Below are positions 29,391 through 40,507 of a DNA stretch of 64,000 bases, piece by piece. Made by a program: the position numbers and the translations under genes. Under the pieces are notes generated by a model. That model made no database searches. It saw only the letters and a list, made by a program, of their open reading frames with translations, and was not told the DNA's origin. How positions within the stretch are numbered: the stretch's first letter is position 1; each line of letters starts with the position of its first letter. The DNA comes from Ignavibacteriota bacterium (GTDB taxonomy: Bacteria > Bacteroidota > Ignavibacteria > UBA10030 > UBA6906). The DNA lies in contig CAWDEM010000008.1 of assembly GCA_963801355.1 (NCBI GenBank), positions 640,001 to 704,000 of the forward strand, written 5' to 3'.

Positions 29391-31027
29391 ACAATCTGCT
29401 CGACATCAAGACACCGGCACAAGGCGAAGCGCAGGCCCTGAAGAGCGATTACGGCTTGGACAATCTGGGTCTCACCAATTTGCGGATGGCGTACTGGAAC
29501 CTTCCCACCGAGGCGCTGTACGAAGAAATCGCTTTCCGGCGCGAAGCGCGGATTGCACGCAACGGGCCCATCGTTGTCCACACCGGTAAACACACCGGCC
29601 GCTCCGCCAATGACAAATTCGTCGTCAAGGAAGGAAGCACCGACGAGCACATCTGGTGGGGCGAGTACAACCGTCCGTTCAGCACCGAGAAATTCAACGA
29701 TCTCTACAACCGTGTGCAGGGGTATTTGCAGGGACGCGACGTGTTCGTACAGGATTGCTATGCCGGCGCCGACCCGAGCTACCAGCTTCCCATCCGTATC
29801 ATCACGGAAACCGCCTGGCACTCGCATTTTGCGAGGAACATGTTCCTCCTCCCGCGCACAAACGAAGAGCTCCGTCGGCACGTGCCGGAATTCACTGTCC
29901 TCGCGGTCCCCGGATTCAAGGGCATCCCGCAGATCGACAGCACGGCCACGAACACCTTCATCGTGCTCAATTTTGCCCAGAAGCTCTGCCTCATCGGCAA
30001 CACGGGCTACGGCGGAGAGATCAAGAAATCGATTTTCACGATTCTCAACTATCTCCTGCCGCTGCAGAATGTCATGCCCATGCATTGCTCCGCGAACATA
30101 GGTGCGCAGGGGGATACCGCGCTCTTTTTCGGACTCTCGGGCACGGGGAAAACCACGCTCTCCGCCGATCCGTTGCGCCGTTTGATCGGCGATGATGAGC
30201 ACGGCTGGAGCGATGAGGGCATTTTCAATTTCGAGGGTGGCTGCTACGCCAAGGTCATCCAGCTCTCCCCCTCCGCCGAACCGCAGATCTACGCCTGCAC
30301 CCGCAGGTTCGGGACCATTCTCGAGAACGTACCGTATGACCCGGTCACCCGGGTGGTCGACCTGGACGATGAGTCCATCACCGAGAACACGCGTGCCTCC
30401 TATCCGCTCGACTACATCGAAAACGCCGTGCCGGAGAAGATGGGCGGTCACCCGAAAAACATCATTCTCCTGACGTGCGATGCGTCCGGTGTCATGCCTC
30501 CCATTGCGCGGCTCTCGGCGGACCAGGCGCTCTACCAATTCATCTCGGGTTACACGTCGAAAATTGCCGGCACCGAGGCCGGTCTGGGCCAGGAGCCCGA
30601 GATGACATTCAGCACCTGTTTTGGTGCACCGTTCATGGTGCACAGGCCATCGTTCTACGCGGACCTCCTGAAACGGAAAATCGTGAAGTACGGAGCCAAC
30701 TGCTGGCTGGTGAATACGGGATGGATCGGCGGGCCGTACGGCGTGGGCAAGCGCATCAGCATACGCTACACGCGCGCGTTGTTGAACGCTGCGCTTGACG
30801 GAAAGCTCTTACGCGTGGCTTACAAGAAAGACCCGGTATTCGGCTTTGAAGTGCCGCAGGAGTGCGAGGGGGTGCCGGAGCAGGTGCTTGAACCGTCAGG
30901 TTCCTGGAGCGACAAGGCCTACTACAAACAGAAATATCGCGAGCTCGCGACGCGGTTCGTGGAGAACTTCAAGAAATACGAAGAGGGCTGCACGCCGGAC
31001 GTGAAGCAGGCGGGCCCAAGAATTTGA
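29387..31027 (+). CDS. pckA: Phosphoenolpyruvate carboxykinase (ATP)
   Basis: YGGEIKK, MHCSAN, FFGLSGTGKTTLSAD, LIGDDEHGW, NFEGGCYAK. Confidence 0.97.
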   Translation: MNNLLDIKTPAQGEAQALKSDYGLDNLGLTNLRMAYWNLPTEALYEEIAFRREARIARNGPIVVHTGKHTGRSANDKFVVKEGSTDEHIWWGEYNRPFSTEKFNDLYNRVQGYLQGRDVFVQDCYAGADPSYQLPIRIITETAWHSHFARNMFLLPRTNEELRRHVPEFTVLAVPGFKGIPQIDSTATNTFIVLNFAQKLCLIGNTGYGGEIKKSIFTILNYLLPLQNVMPMHCSANIGAQGDTALFFGLSGTGKTTLSADPLRRLIGDDEHGWSDEGIFNFEGGCYAKVIQLSPSAEPQIYACTRRFGTILENVPYDPVTRVVDLDDESITENTRASYPLDYIENAVPEKMGGHPKNIILLTCDASGVMPPIARLSADQALYQFISGYTSKIAGTEAGLGQEPEMTFSTCFGAPFMVHRPSFYADLLKRKIVKYGANCWLVNTGWIGGPYGVGKRISIRYTRALLNAALDGKLLRVAYKKDPVFGFEVPQECEGVPEQVLEPSGSWSDKAYYKQKYRELATRFVENFKKYEEGCTPDVKQAGPRI

Positions 31028-31032
31028 CGTAG

Positions 31033-32487
31033 TTATTTTCTCCCGCCGAAAATCGATCCGAGCACGCCCCGGATAATCTGACGTCCGATCTGCGTGCCGG
31101 CGGCGCGCATTGCGCTCTGAGCCATCGCGGAAATCATCTTCCCTGTTTCGCTCTTCTTCTCTTTGGGTTCGCGTGTTTGCCCGGCCGGCGTCCGGGTGGT
31201 GTCTTCCGCGCGGGCGCGGAGATTCTCATACGCCGACTCCCTGTCCACGGTCGCCTCATAGTGCCCTGCAAGTGCTGACGCCTGCATGATGGTCTGCCGC
31301 TGCTCGGGCGTAATCGGCCCGATCTGACCATGGGGCGGGAGCACGAATGCGCGTTCCACGATGGCGGGAGTCCCCTTCACCTCGAGAAATGATACCAGCG
31401 CCTCGCCGACGGCGAGTTCTGTGATCGCTTTTTCCACTTTGAAGGCCGGGTTCAACCGGAATGTCTTCGCTGCCGCCAGGACCGCCTCCTGGTCGCGTGG
31501 GGTGAATGCGCGCAAAGCATGTTGCACACGATTGCCAAGCTGGCCAAGAACGATATTCGGGACATCGAGGGGATTTTGCGTGATGAAGTAGACCCCTACT
31601 CCTTTCGAGCGTACCAGTCGGACGACCTGTTCGATCTTTTCGAGCAGCGGCTTGGGTGCGTCTGCGAAGAGGAGGTGGGCCTCGTCAAAAAAGAACACGA
31701 GCTTGGGTTTTTCCGGATCCCCCACCTCGGGGAGGCGCTCGAACAATTCGGCGAGCATCCAGAGCAGGAACGTCGCGTAGATTTTCGGTTTCAGAAGGAG
31801 TCTGTCGGCGGCAAGGATGTTCACCATCCCGCGACCTTCGCTGTCAGTCTGCATCATATCATCCAGGTCAAGCGCGGGTTCGCCGAAGAACTGCGTTCCC
31901 CCCTGCTCTTCCAGCGTCAGGAGGCCCCGTTGTATCGCCCCCACGCTCGCCGCGGAAATGTTCCCGTACTGAGTTTTGTACTGCGCAGCATTGTCTCCCA
32001 CGTGGCGAAGCATCTCCCGGAGGTCTTTGAGGTCCAGCAGAAGGAGCCCGCCATCGTCCGCGATGCGGAAGACCATCGTGAGCACGCCTTCTTGTGTGTC
32101 GTTCAGATTCAGCAAACGTGCAAGGAGGAGAGGTCCCATCTCAGAGATCGTCGCGCGTATCGGGTGCCCCTGCTCGCCGAACACATCCCAGAACGTCACG
32201 GGGGAGCCGTGGAAATCGAAATCCTTGAGCTGCAACTGCTTGATCCGTTCGAGGATTTTGGGTTTCCCCGTTCCCGCCTGGCTGATGCCGGAGAGGTCCC
32301 CCTTCACATCTGCCATAAACACCGGCACACCGATACTGCTGAACTGTTCGGCGATGACTTGAAGAGAAACCGTCTTGCCCGTGCCCGTAGCGCCGGCGAT
32401 AAGCCCGTGGCGGTTGGACATTCCGGGCAGAAGGTAGAGCGGGCGATCGCTCTGGGCAATCAGGAGGCCGTTGGAGGTGTCTGACAT
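31033..32487 (-). CDS. DUF853/YjgR HerA-like P-loop ATPase
   Basis: [53 protein letters not shown]. Confidence 0.92.
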   Translation of the reverse strand: MSDTSNGLLIAQSDRPLYLLPGMSNRHGLIAGATGTGKTVSLQVIAEQFSSIGVPVFMADVKGDLSGISQAGTGKPKILERIKQLQLKDFDFHGSPVTFWDVFGEQGHPIRATISEMGPLLLARLLNLNDTQEGVLTMVFRIADDGGLLLLDLKDLREMLRHVGDNAAQYKTQYGNISAASVGAIQRGLLTLEEQGGTQFFGEPALDLDDMMQTDSEGRGMVNILAADRLLLKPKIYATFLLWMLAELFERLPEVGDPEKPKLVFFFDEAHLLFADAPKPLLEKIEQVVRLVRSKGVGVYFITQNPLDVPNIVLGQLGNRVQHALRAFTPRDQEAVLAAAKTFRLNPAFKVEKAITELAVGEALVSFLEVKGTPAIVERAFVLPPHGQIGPITPEQRQTIMQASALAGHYEATVDRESAYENLRARAEDTTRTPAGQTREPKEKKSETGKMISAMAQSAMRAAGTQIGRQIIRGVLGSIFGGRK

Positions 32488-32584
32488 AGAAGACTCACGT
32501 TGGTTGTACAGGGAGAACGGGAAGCACTGCCGGAGTGAATATAGCAAATTTCAGTTACAGAAAGCACTCCGGGATCGCCCGCTG

Positions 32585-33175
32585 TCACTTTTGCTCCTGC
32601 AATTCCATCAGCAAGGTGATGTTGATCGTGTCGCCCGCAACCAGACCACCGGCTTCGATTGTCTTGTTCCACTTCACGCCGAAGTCAAAGCGATTAAAGG
32701 AACCAGTCGCCCGGAGACCGGCTTTTCGATTCCCTCGCGGATCAGTGATCTGTCCGGCATATTTCGCATCAAGCACAACCGGCTTGGTGACGTCCCGGAT
32801 CGTAAGGTCACCGGTAATTTTGTACGTATTTTCCCCGATCTTTTCGAATGACGTGCTCTTAAAGGTGATGAGCGGATACTTCTCGGCGTTCAGGAAGTCG
32901 TCCGAACGGAGGTGCTTGTCGCGCATATCGTTTTCCGTATTAATGCTGGACGTCTTGATAGTCGCCTCCAGTGCGCTCCCGGAGAAATCGTCCTTTCCTT
33001 GCTTGAGTGTTACGTCGAAGTCCTTGAAGCCGCCTTCCACTTCGCCAACCACGAGGTGGGAAACCGAGAACTTGACCTGACTGTGCGCGGCATCCTGTTT
33101 CCAGGTTGTCGCCGGGGCAACGCCCGTACCGAGTGCTAAGAAGAAGAGAAGAGAAAGCACGGTGAGTCGTTTCAT
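32585..33175 (-). CDS. YceI-family protein
   Basis: Signal peptide, DAAHSQVKF, RDKHLRSDDF, GDLTIRDVTK, RFDFG. Confidence 0.93.
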   Translation of the reverse strand: MKRLTVLSLLFFLALGTGVAPATTWKQDAAHSQVKFSVSHLVVGEVEGGFKDFDVTLKQGKDDFSGSALEATIKTSSINTENDMRDKHLRSDDFLNAEKYPLITFKSTSFEKIGENTYKITGDLTIRDVTKPVVLDAKYAGQITDPRGNRKAGLRATGSFNRFDFGVKWNKTIEAGGLVAGDTINITLLMELQEQK

Positions 33176-33279
33176 TGTACATCTCCTGTTGAGGTGTGAG
33201 TTGAAGTAGTGTTGACGTTGAAAAGAATTGTTCATCATTTGCTCCAGGCCCGAGGGCACTTTCAGACTGCGATCCTGAG

Positions 33280-33741
33280 TCAGGAATATCGCTCTTCGAG
33301 GGCACGTCCCAATTTTTTTAGGAGTGCGCCGAGGCGCTCCTGCTCCAATTCAGGAATAACCGAACCGAACTCCGCCATTGCCGATGCATGTTTGGGGAAG
33401 ATTTCGAGAAACAGCTTCTTCCCTTTCGCGGTGAGCCGGGCCACCGTAACGCGGCGATCCTCCGCATGAGCTATGCGTTCCAGCAGACCTTCCCGTTCAA
33501 GGTTGTCGACGATCACCGTCGTATTGGCGCAGCTGATGAGCATTTTACGCGAGAGCTCACCCAGGCTCATTGGGCCGAGGTGTCCGAGCGCTTCCAGAAC
33601 GGCGAATTGCGACGGGGTCACCCCGAAGGACCGGATATTTGCCGCGGAGAGGCGGTTCAACGTGGCAAAGGCGCGTGCAAGCTTGACCCACATCCGCAGC
33701 GCTGTATCCGCTTTCCTGCCATAATGATGATTGTCGCTCAT
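33280..33741 (-). CDS. MarR-family transcriptional regulator (MhqR-like)
   Basis: GVTPSQFAVLEAL, VDNLEREGLLER..EDRRV...LTAKG, IFPKH; true start at the ATG at 33741 after an AAGGA SD. Confidence 0.9.
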   Translation of the reverse strand: MSDNHHYGRKADTALRMWVKLARAFATLNRLSAANIRSFGVTPSQFAVLEALGHLGPMSLGELSRKMLISCANTTVIVDNLEREGLLERIAHAEDRRVTVARLTAKGKKLFLEIFPKHASAMAEFGSVIPELEQERLGALLKKLGRALEERYS

Positions 33742-33888
33742 GGTTTTACAATCCTTTCGACTTGAGATATTACAAACTCTAAATATATAACCCCGCAAAA
33801 GCTCCGGAAGTTCCCTGCGACTTGTTGCGCATGTTGCGTTGCAAATGCCGTCGATTTTTCCGAGATTGCCTCGCGAAAGGAGCCCATC

Positions 33889-34806
33889 ATGACCATTCTT
33901 GTTACCGGCGGCGCCGGATTCATCGGGAGTCATATTGTCGAGTACTTCCAGCGGACGGACGATGTGATTGTGCTGGACAGCCTGCGTTCGGGCTTCAAGC
34001 AGAATATCGATCCGTTCAGGGTCCGGTTCATCCACGGCAGTGTCACCGACGGCACGCTCGTCGACGACATTATGCGCGGCGTGGACTATGTCTTTCACCT
34101 GGCGGCGCTGGTGAGCGTTCCGGAATCGATGGAAAAGCCGGGGGATACCGTGGAGATCAACGTGCAGGGGACGCTCCACGTGCTTGAGGCGGCGCGCGCA
34201 CACAAGGTCAAGAAAGTCGTCATTTCCTCTTCCGCGGCAATCTACGGCGACAACCCAAGCGTGCCGAAGGTCGAGAGCATGTTGCCGGAGCCCCGGAGTC
34301 CGTATGCAATCACCAAACTGGACGACGAATATTACGGAGGGATGTTCGCCGCGGATTTCGGCCTGCCGGTTGCGTGCCTGCGCTACTTCAACGTCTTCGG
34401 GCCGCGCCAGAACCCCCAATCGCAATACGCCGCGGCAGTACCGATTTTCATCGCCCGATGCCTGCGGGGTGAGGAGATTGTCATTTACGGGGATGGGGAG
34501 CAGACACGCGACTTTGTCTATGTGAAAGACATTGTTGCGGCAAACGTGCTCGCCGCAACGTCGGGAATGACCGGCGTGTACAACGTGGCGAACGGGCGGA
34601 GTGTCAGCATCAACGCGCTTGCGGAATTGATCGTGAGGCTCACCGGCGCGAACGTGCGGGTCAGGCACGCCCCGGTCCGTGCAGGTGATGTGAAACATTC
34701 GCTTGCTGATGTCAGCCGGATGCAGAGCACCGGCTTCGTACCGCGCACGTCGCTCGAAGAAGGACTACAGCAGACGATCGAGGCGATGCGACACCGGAGG
34801 AGCTGA
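33889..34806 (+). CDS. NAD-dependent epimerase/dehydratase (extended SDR)
   Basis: TGGAGFIGSH, SSAAIYG, YAITK, LRYFNVFGPRQ, GDGEQTRDFVYV. Confidence 0.93.
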   Translation: MTILVTGGAGFIGSHIVEYFQRTDDVIVLDSLRSGFKQNIDPFRVRFIHGSVTDGTLVDDIMRGVDYVFHLAALVSVPESMEKPGDTVEINVQGTLHVLEAARAHKVKKVVISSSAAIYGDNPSVPKVESMLPEPRSPYAITKLDDEYYGGMFAADFGLPVACLRYFNVFGPRQNPQSQYAAAVPIFIARCLRGEEIVIYGDGEQTRDFVYVKDIVAANVLAATSGMTGVYNVANGRSVSINALAELIVRLTGANVRVRHAPVRAGDVKHSLADVSRMQSTGFVPRTSLEEGLQQTIEAMRHRRS

Positions 34807-34831
34807 CCGTTCCTCCGGTGTTACATGCTGT

Positions 34832-37597
34832 TCAGGAGTGTTGTGCCCGGCGGCCACGCCCGGTCCGGTTCCGCCGCGACAACTTCAGCACTTCTGCTGC
34901 GGCAAACACGCAGATGGCGACCACCAGCGCCGCCCCGAAATCCCGCAATTCCAGCGGTCCTGTCTGGAAGGGCACCTGCAACGCCGGGACGTACAGCACC
35001 AGCGCGGTGAGAACGCATGTGAGAGCCATCCCGCCGAGCAGCGCCCGGTTGGTCTTGCGGCGCGATGTGAATGCGGACTCTGCCAGCGAGCGGCAGTTCA
35101 ACGCATTCATCAGTCTGGCCGCAATCAAAGATGCAAAGAAAAGGCTCATCGCTTCCCGGTGAGGATAGTGCCAGACCTCCACCGCCACCGTAAACACCCC
35201 CAGCGTTGCCAGACCGATCACCGTGCCCAGCGTGGCGATGTAGACATAGGACCAGGAGTTGAGCATCCCTTCCTTGATGGGTCGCGGGCGGTGTCGCATA
35301 ATACCGGGTTCGGGCGGCTCGACGCCCAGGGAAATCGCTATCAGTCCATCCATGATGAAATTAATGAACAGCACTTGCACGGCGGCCAGCGGCAACGGGA
35401 GTCCAGCCAGCAACGCGATCACAAGAGCCAGCACGGTGCCCATGTTGCCGCTCAGGAGGAAGACAAGGTATTTGCGGATGTTCATGAAAATGCTCCGCCC
35501 CTCTTCGATCGCGCGCACAATGGTCGCGAAGTTGTCGTCCGTGAGGATCATATCGGAAGCTTCTTTGCTGACGTCCGTGCCCGTGAGCCCCATGGCGATG
35601 CCGATGTCGGCACGTTTGAGCGCGGGGGCGTCGTTGACCCCATCGCCCGTCATTGCCACAACGCTGCCCTGCGAAAGAAATGCATTCACGATGCGCAGCT
35701 TGTGGTCAGGGGCTATCCGGGCGAAGATGTCGGTGGTGGCGATTTTTTCCTCGAGCTCCGCGTCCGTCAGGGTTGACATTTCCTGCCCGGTCAGCACACC
35801 GCCGTGTTTCAGAATGCCCAGCTCCTTGCCGACCGAAATCGCCGTCAGCTTGTGATCCCCCGTAATCATCACGGGGCGGATGCCCGCATGCTCGCATTTC
35901 AGGATGGCATCTTTCACCTCCGGTCGCACGGGATCCTGCATTGCCATCAAACCCAGGAAGACGAGTCCTTCTTCGGGATTTGCGTTGAATTCAACGGGAT
36001 GATGTGAGGATGCGAGGGCCAGCACACGCAGCCCCCCGGCCGCCAGAGCGTGTCCGCTTGCCACAATTTTCGCCCGGTTTTCTTCGGTCAGCGGCCTCGG
36101 CCCTTCGGTCGTATACACTCCCACACAGTACCCGAGCAGCACTTCCGGAGCGCCCTTGCTGCAGACGAGTGTGCCGTTGCCATCCCGGTGCACAGAAGTC
36201 ATCCTTTTGGTTTCGGAACTGAACGGAATCTCGTACACGCGCGGGTGCTGTTCCCGCAGTGCGCGCAGATCCATGCCGCCTTTTGCCGCAGCGACCAACA
36301 GCGCGCCTTCCGTAGCATCACCCAGCATTTCCCACCTGCCTTTTTCCTCATGGCGCTGCAGGACTGCGTCATTGCAGAGGGCTGCGGTACGGAGCAGCTC
36401 CCGCAGTTCGGAATCCGTGTGGATGTTCAGGAGGGCTCCGTTTGCCTTGAACTCTCCTTTCGGCTCATACCCGGTGCCGGACACTTCGATCAGCCGGTCG
36501 CCGGTCACGATACGGCGCACCGTCATTTCGTTCTGCGTGAGCGTTCCGGTCTTGTCGGAACAGATCACCGAGGTTGAGCCGAGAGTCTCCACCGCATCCA
36601 GTTTCCGGATGAGTGCCTTTCGTTCCGCCATGCGGCGTACGCCGAGGGCGAGTGTAATCGTCATCACGGCAGGGAGCGCTTCAGGGATCACCGCCACGGC
36701 GATCGCGACACCCCAGACAAACATTTCCACGAGCCCATAGCCCTGCAGGACGCCGAGTGCGCTCATGGCGGTGGCAAGGACGATTGAAAAGATCCCCAGG
36801 TTGCGTCCGAGAGTGTCCAGATTTGCCTGCAGCGGAGTCTGCCGCTGGGTTGTAGTCTGAAGGAGCGAGGCGATTCTTCCGATTTCGGTGTCGAGGCCGG
36901 TCGCCACGACCACTGCGGCTCCGCGGCCATATTGAATCGTCGTTGCGGTATAGACCATGTTTGTGCGGTCGCCGACCTGTGCGGCGGTGTCCAGCACCGC
37001 GGTGGGATCCTTTTCCGCCGGACGGGATTCGCCCGTGAGCATCGACTCGTTGATTGTCAGGTTCATCGACTCGATCAGCCGTGCGTCGGCAGGGATGGCA
37101 TCGCCGGTTTTCAGGATGATCGTATCTCCGGGCACGAGATCCCTGGCGGGGATCATCATTTCGATGTCATCTCTGAGCACCGTGGCCTGCGGAACGGAGA
37201 GCTTCTGGAGGGCTTCCAGGGCCTCCTCTGCCTTGTACTCCTGTATGAATCCGACGACCCCCGCGAGTATGACGATGATGATGATGGCAAGGGCTTCCAC
37301 CATTTCGCCCATTGCCCCCGAGATGACAGCGGCAACGATCAGCACCACGATCAGGACACTGAAGAACTGTCGCGCAAACAGAAGGAGAACCGAATCCTTT
37401 TTCGGCGGAGGGAGCTCATTGAAGCCCGTCCTGCTACGGACTTCGACCACCTGCTTGGATGTGAGTCCGTGTGGTGAGGCATGGAGGCGGTTCAGAGCCT
37501 CCTGCACCGCAAGGGAGTGCCATGCGACGGGTTGCTGAGCCGCCGTGGGTGCTATTGTGGACACACTGGAATGGCGTTGCGCGGCCACGTCGCTCAT
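34832..37597 (-). CDS. Cation-transporting P-type ATPase (type IIA, Ca2+-like)
   Basis: [37 protein letters not shown]. Confidence 0.94.
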   Translation of the reverse strand: MSDVAAQRHSSVSTIAPTAAQQPVAWHSLAVQEALNRLHASPHGLTSKQVVEVRSRTGFNELPPPKKDSVLLLFARQFFSVLIVVLIVAAVISGAMGEMVEALAIIIIVILAGVVGFIQEYKAEEALEALQKLSVPQATVLRDDIEMMIPARDLVPGDTIILKTGDAIPADARLIESMNLTINESMLTGESRPAEKDPTAVLDTAAQVGDRTNMVYTATTIQYGRGAAVVVATGLDTEIGRIASLLQTTTQRQTPLQANLDTLGRNLGIFSIVLATAMSALGVLQGYGLVEMFVWGVAIAVAVIPEALPAVMTITLALGVRRMAERKALIRKLDAVETLGSTSVICSDKTGTLTQNEMTVRRIVTGDRLIEVSGTGYEPKGEFKANGALLNIHTDSELRELLRTAALCNDAVLQRHEEKGRWEMLGDATEGALLVAAAKGGMDLRALREQHPRVYEIPFSSETKRMTSVHRDGNGTLVCSKGAPEVLLGYCVGVYTTEGPRPLTEENRAKIVASGHALAAGGLRVLALASSHHPVEFNANPEEGLVFLGLMAMQDPVRPEVKDAILKCEHAGIRPVMITGDHKLTAISVGKELGILKHGGVLTGQEMSTLTDAELEEKIATTDIFARIAPDHKLRIVNAFLSQGSVVAMTGDGVNDAPALKRADIGIAMGLTGTDVSKEASDMILTDDNFATIVRAIEEGRSIFMNIRKYLVFLLSGNMGTVLALVIALLAGLPLPLAAVQVLFINFIMDGLIAISLGVEPPEPGIMRHRPRPIKEGMLNSWSYVYIATLGTVIGLATLGVFTVAVEVWHYPHREAMSLFFASLIAARLMNALNCRSLAESAFTSRRKTNRALLGGMALTCVLTALVLYVPALQVPFQTGPLELRDFGAALVVAICVFAAAEVLKLSRRNRTGRGRRAQHS

Positions 37598-38445
37598 GAA
37601 ACCGCCTGACCGTGGGCCATTGCCTCGAGCCGTGCAATGCGCTCCTCCATCGGAGGATGCGTGCTGAAGAGTTTAGCAATTCCGCCAGCGCTGAGCGGAT
37701 TCACGATAAACATGTGTGCGGTCGACGGCGATGCGTTCATCGGGATCTGGTGGGCCCGCGTCTCGAGCTTCCGCAGCGCATTTGCCAGGGAGAGCGGATT
37801 CCCCGCCATGTTCGCGCCACCTTCGTCTGCCAGGAATTCCCTTGAGCGGGATATCGCCATCTGGATCAACATTGCCGCGAAGGGGGCCACGAGCATCATC
37901 ACCAGGCCGACGGCCGGACTCCCGCCTCCGCGATCGCTGGAGCTCCGCCCGCCCCCGAACATCATCCCCATATGCCCGAGCATGCTAATTGCGCCGGCCA
38001 TCGTCGCGGCGACGGTGCCGATGAGTATGTCCCTGTGTTTGACGTGGGAGAGTTCGTGTCCCAGCACGCCGCGCAGTTCGTCACGGGAAAGGATATTCAC
38101 AATTCCCTTCGTTACGGCCACCGCCGCGTGCTCCGGATTCCTACCGGTTGCGAAGGCATTCGGTTGATCACCGTCGATCAGGTAGAGTTTTGGCATGGGC
38201 AACCCTGCCTTGCCGGTCAACTCCTGCACGGTCTGATACAGCTCCGGCGCATCCGACTGGCTGATTTCCTGCCCTCCGTACATGCGCAGGACGATCTTGT
38301 CGCTGAACCAGTAGCTCCCGAAATTCATTACCACTGCCATGATGAAGGCAACCAGCATGCCGCTCTGTCCGCCGATGAGATTGCCTACAACGACGAGCAG
38401 GACGGTGAGTATGCCCATGAGCAGGAAAGTCTTCATTGTGTTCAT
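37594..38445 (-). CDS. htpX: Zinc metalloprotease HtpX
   Basis: [28 protein letters not shown]. Confidence 0.95.
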   Translation of the reverse strand: MNTMKTFLLMGILTVLLVVVGNLIGGQSGMLVAFIMAVVMNFGSYWFSDKIVLRMYGGQEISQSDAPELYQTVQELTGKAGLPMPKLYLIDGDQPNAFATGRNPEHAAVAVTKGIVNILSRDELRGVLGHELSHVKHRDILIGTVAATMAGAISMLGHMGMMFGGGRSSSDRGGGSPAVGLVMMLVAPFAAMLIQMAISRSREFLADEGGANMAGNPLSLANALRKLETRAHQIPMNASPSTAHMFIVNPLSAGGIAKLFSTHPPMEERIARLEAMAHGQAVS

Positions 38446-38579
38446 TTTCGTACCTTTCCTCTGGAAAATTTGCAGAGCAATTGCATTGTCAGAAGGTCCT
38501 CAGAATGAGTTTCCCGTTGTCCGGATTGGACATACAACATCCATGACACTTGGGGAGTTCTTGGGATCTGCAATAGTCC

Positions 38580-38608
38580 AAAATACAGGTTTCTCTCGAG
38601 GCATGCAA
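38580..38608 (-). promoter_or_regulatory. Sigma70-type promoter for the htpX operon
   Basis: TTGCAT-17 bp-TATTTT; implies a leader of about 130 nt. Confidence 0.55.
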
Positions 38609-38683
38609 GAATTGGATGAGGTCCGTAGACCTCTCCCGCAGGCCGTGATGGAGGCATTGCATCAACGTCGGACATGAAGGGTA

Positions 38684-39340
38684 TTATGCTAATGTCTTGA
38701 ACGTAAACGTGATATCTTTTTCGAGTTCAATCACGACATAGTATCCCTCCCTGACAGAACCGCAGTTTACCATTCTGCTGACACCAATCGCGTCTTCACC
38801 CGCGGACTCATGTATGTGTCCGCAGATGACCAGGTCGGGCCGGCGGGATTCGATGAAATCCCTTACTGCACGACTCCCGACATGCTTTCCGCTTCTCACC
38901 CTGTCGAGTTTGGTGTCGTACGGAGGGGCGTGAGGCACGAACACCTTTCTGGGAGCATCAGCGACATCAGCGAATCCCTTCTCGGCAAGCGCAAGAATCT
39001 CCTCTTCTGCGATCTCAAAAGGGGTATGGAGGAACGAATGTGGCCCGCCGGAAACCCCGAAGAACCCTGCATCCTTGATACGCACCCCCTTGCCGTTAAT
39101 GCTGATTTTCGCTGCGGCAAAGCCCGCTTCGATTTCACGAGTGTCCATGTTGCCCGCCACAGCCAGGACGGGCTCCGTAATGGCCCGAAACCCGGCAAGA
39201 GCGTCGAGGGCCTCCTCCCTGGTGCCGAAAGTCGTGAGATCACCTGCCATGACCACGAGGTCGATCCCCTGCTCCGCGCGCAGGATCCGTTTCGCGAGTT
39301 CGTAGGCACCATGGATATCGGACAGGGCAAGTATGCGCAT
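38684..39340 (-). CDS. Calcineurin-like metallophosphoesterase
   Basis: SDIHG, AGD, GNMD, HAPP, CGHIHE. Confidence 0.9.
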   Translation of the reverse strand: MRILALSDIHGAYELAKRILRAEQGIDLVVMAGDLTTFGTREEALDALAGFRAITEPVLAVAGNMDTREIEAGFAAAKISINGKGVRIKDAGFFGVSGGPHSFLHTPFEIAEEEILALAEKGFADVADAPRKVFVPHAPPYDTKLDRVRSGKHVGSRAVRDFIESRRPDLVICGHIHESAGEDAIGVSRMVNCGSVREGYYVVIELEKDITFTFKTLA

Positions 39341-39406
39341 AGCTTGAATCCTGAATGGATGCGTCGTAGATTGAGGGGTCCTCAGGCAATAGTTACAGGA
39401 AGCACT

Positions 39407-40177
39407 ATGCTGGCGTTCTTACGGGATTTGTGGATCTGGGCTGCGATCATCGTGCTGATCGTGCTCTGGCTACCCTTACTGGCGATCGTGCGCATGTGCG
39501 ACCGGGATCCCGCCGTGTACTCCACAGGAAGGTGGTTCCGGCGCCTCGGCGCGGCCATGACGCGGGTGAACCCGGCATGGAAAATCACAATTCGAGGTCT
39601 GCCGCAGCGCTACGTGCGAAAGCCAGCGGTCGTTGTGAGCAACCATCAGTCGCTGGCAGACATCCCGGTGCTTTCACGGCTGCCATGGGAGATGAAATGG
39701 GTGGCAAAGCGGGAGCTCTTCCGTCTGCCGGTTGTAGGGTGGATGATGAGGCTTGCCGGAGACATCTCCCTGGAGCGGGGTGACGCCCGGAGCGGCGCAC
39801 GGGTGCTCGTACATGCAGGCCGCTATTTGAGAAACAACTGCCCCGTCATCATTTTTCCTGAAGGCACCCGATCGCCTGACGGCCTGGTGGGCAACTTCAC
39901 CGATGGAGCATTCCACCTGGCCATTGCCGCCCAGGTTCCCATACTTCCGGTAAGCGTCGAGGGGACCAGCAATGCTTTGCCAAAGAAGAGCTGGCGATTC
40001 CGCGATACTGCCCGAATTACGGTGACGGTGTTTCCGGAAGTCTCCACCGCCGGGCTCAGCCGTGCCGACCTCCCCGCTCTGCGCGACAGGGTCCGTGCCA
40101 TCATTTGCGAGAGCATCGCAGCATCGCGGGGTGTCCCCCCCGCTTCCGTCGACGCCGCCTCCCACCCATCACCCTAG
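39407..40177 (+). CDS. Lysophospholipid (1-acylglycerol-3-phosphate) acyltransferase, PlsC family
   Basis: NHQSLAD (HX4D), [11 protein letters not shown]. Confidence 0.9.
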   Translation: MLAFLRDLWIWAAIIVLIVLWLPLLAIVRMCDRDPAVYSTGRWFRRLGAAMTRVNPAWKITIRGLPQRYVRKPAVVVSNHQSLADIPVLSRLPWEMKWVAKRELFRLPVVGWMMRLAGDISLERGDARSGARVLVHAGRYLRNNCPVIIFPEGTRSPDGLVGNFTDGAFHLAIAAQVPILPVSVEGTSNALPKKSWRFRDTARITVTVFPEVSTAGLSRADLPALRDRVRAIICESIAASRGVPPASVDAASHPSP

Positions 40178-40492
40178 ATATGGCTTGAGTTTGTCCAGCA
40201 GCGCCCTTTTCGGCATCGCACCGATGAGTTGCTCCACTACCTTGCCCCCCTTGAAGATCATGAGCGTGGGGATGCTGCGGATGCCGAACTTCATCGAGGT
40301 TTCGGGATTGTTGTCCACGTCGACCTTCACCACCTTAATCTTACCGTCATACTCCGTACCGATCTCTTCCACGACCGGGGCGATCATCTTGCACGGGCCG
40401 CACCAGACGGCCCAGAAATCGACCAGCACCGGGACGTCCGACTTCAGCACCGCCGAATCGAAACTTGCATCCGTTACCTCAATTGGCTTCAT
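40169..40492 (-). CDS. trxA: Thioredoxin
   Basis: [17 protein letters not shown]. Confidence 0.97.
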   Translation of the reverse strand: MKPIEVTDASFDSAVLKSDVPVLVDFWAVWCGPCKMIAPVVEEIGTEYDGKIKVVKVDVDNNPETSMKFGIRSIPTLMIFKGGKVVEQLIGAMPKRALLDKLKPYLG

Positions 40493-40507
40493 GGTATCTC
40501 CTTGTGT

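Noticed and set aside
33862-33873. GAGATTGCCTCG as a second copy of the REP-like element
   Set aside because: It lacks the closing CGCAATGAC arm and runs straight into the epimerase SD.
33280-34698. Apparent 472-aa MarR fusion protein
   Set aside because: The N-terminal 318 aa are the antisense of the epimerase gene plus intergenic DNA; the SD and promoter support a start at 33741.
38442-38675. 77-aa ORF overlapping the htpX start as a leader protein
   Set aside because: It spans the predicted promoter, has no SD and no recognisable composition; a shorter uORF cannot be excluded.
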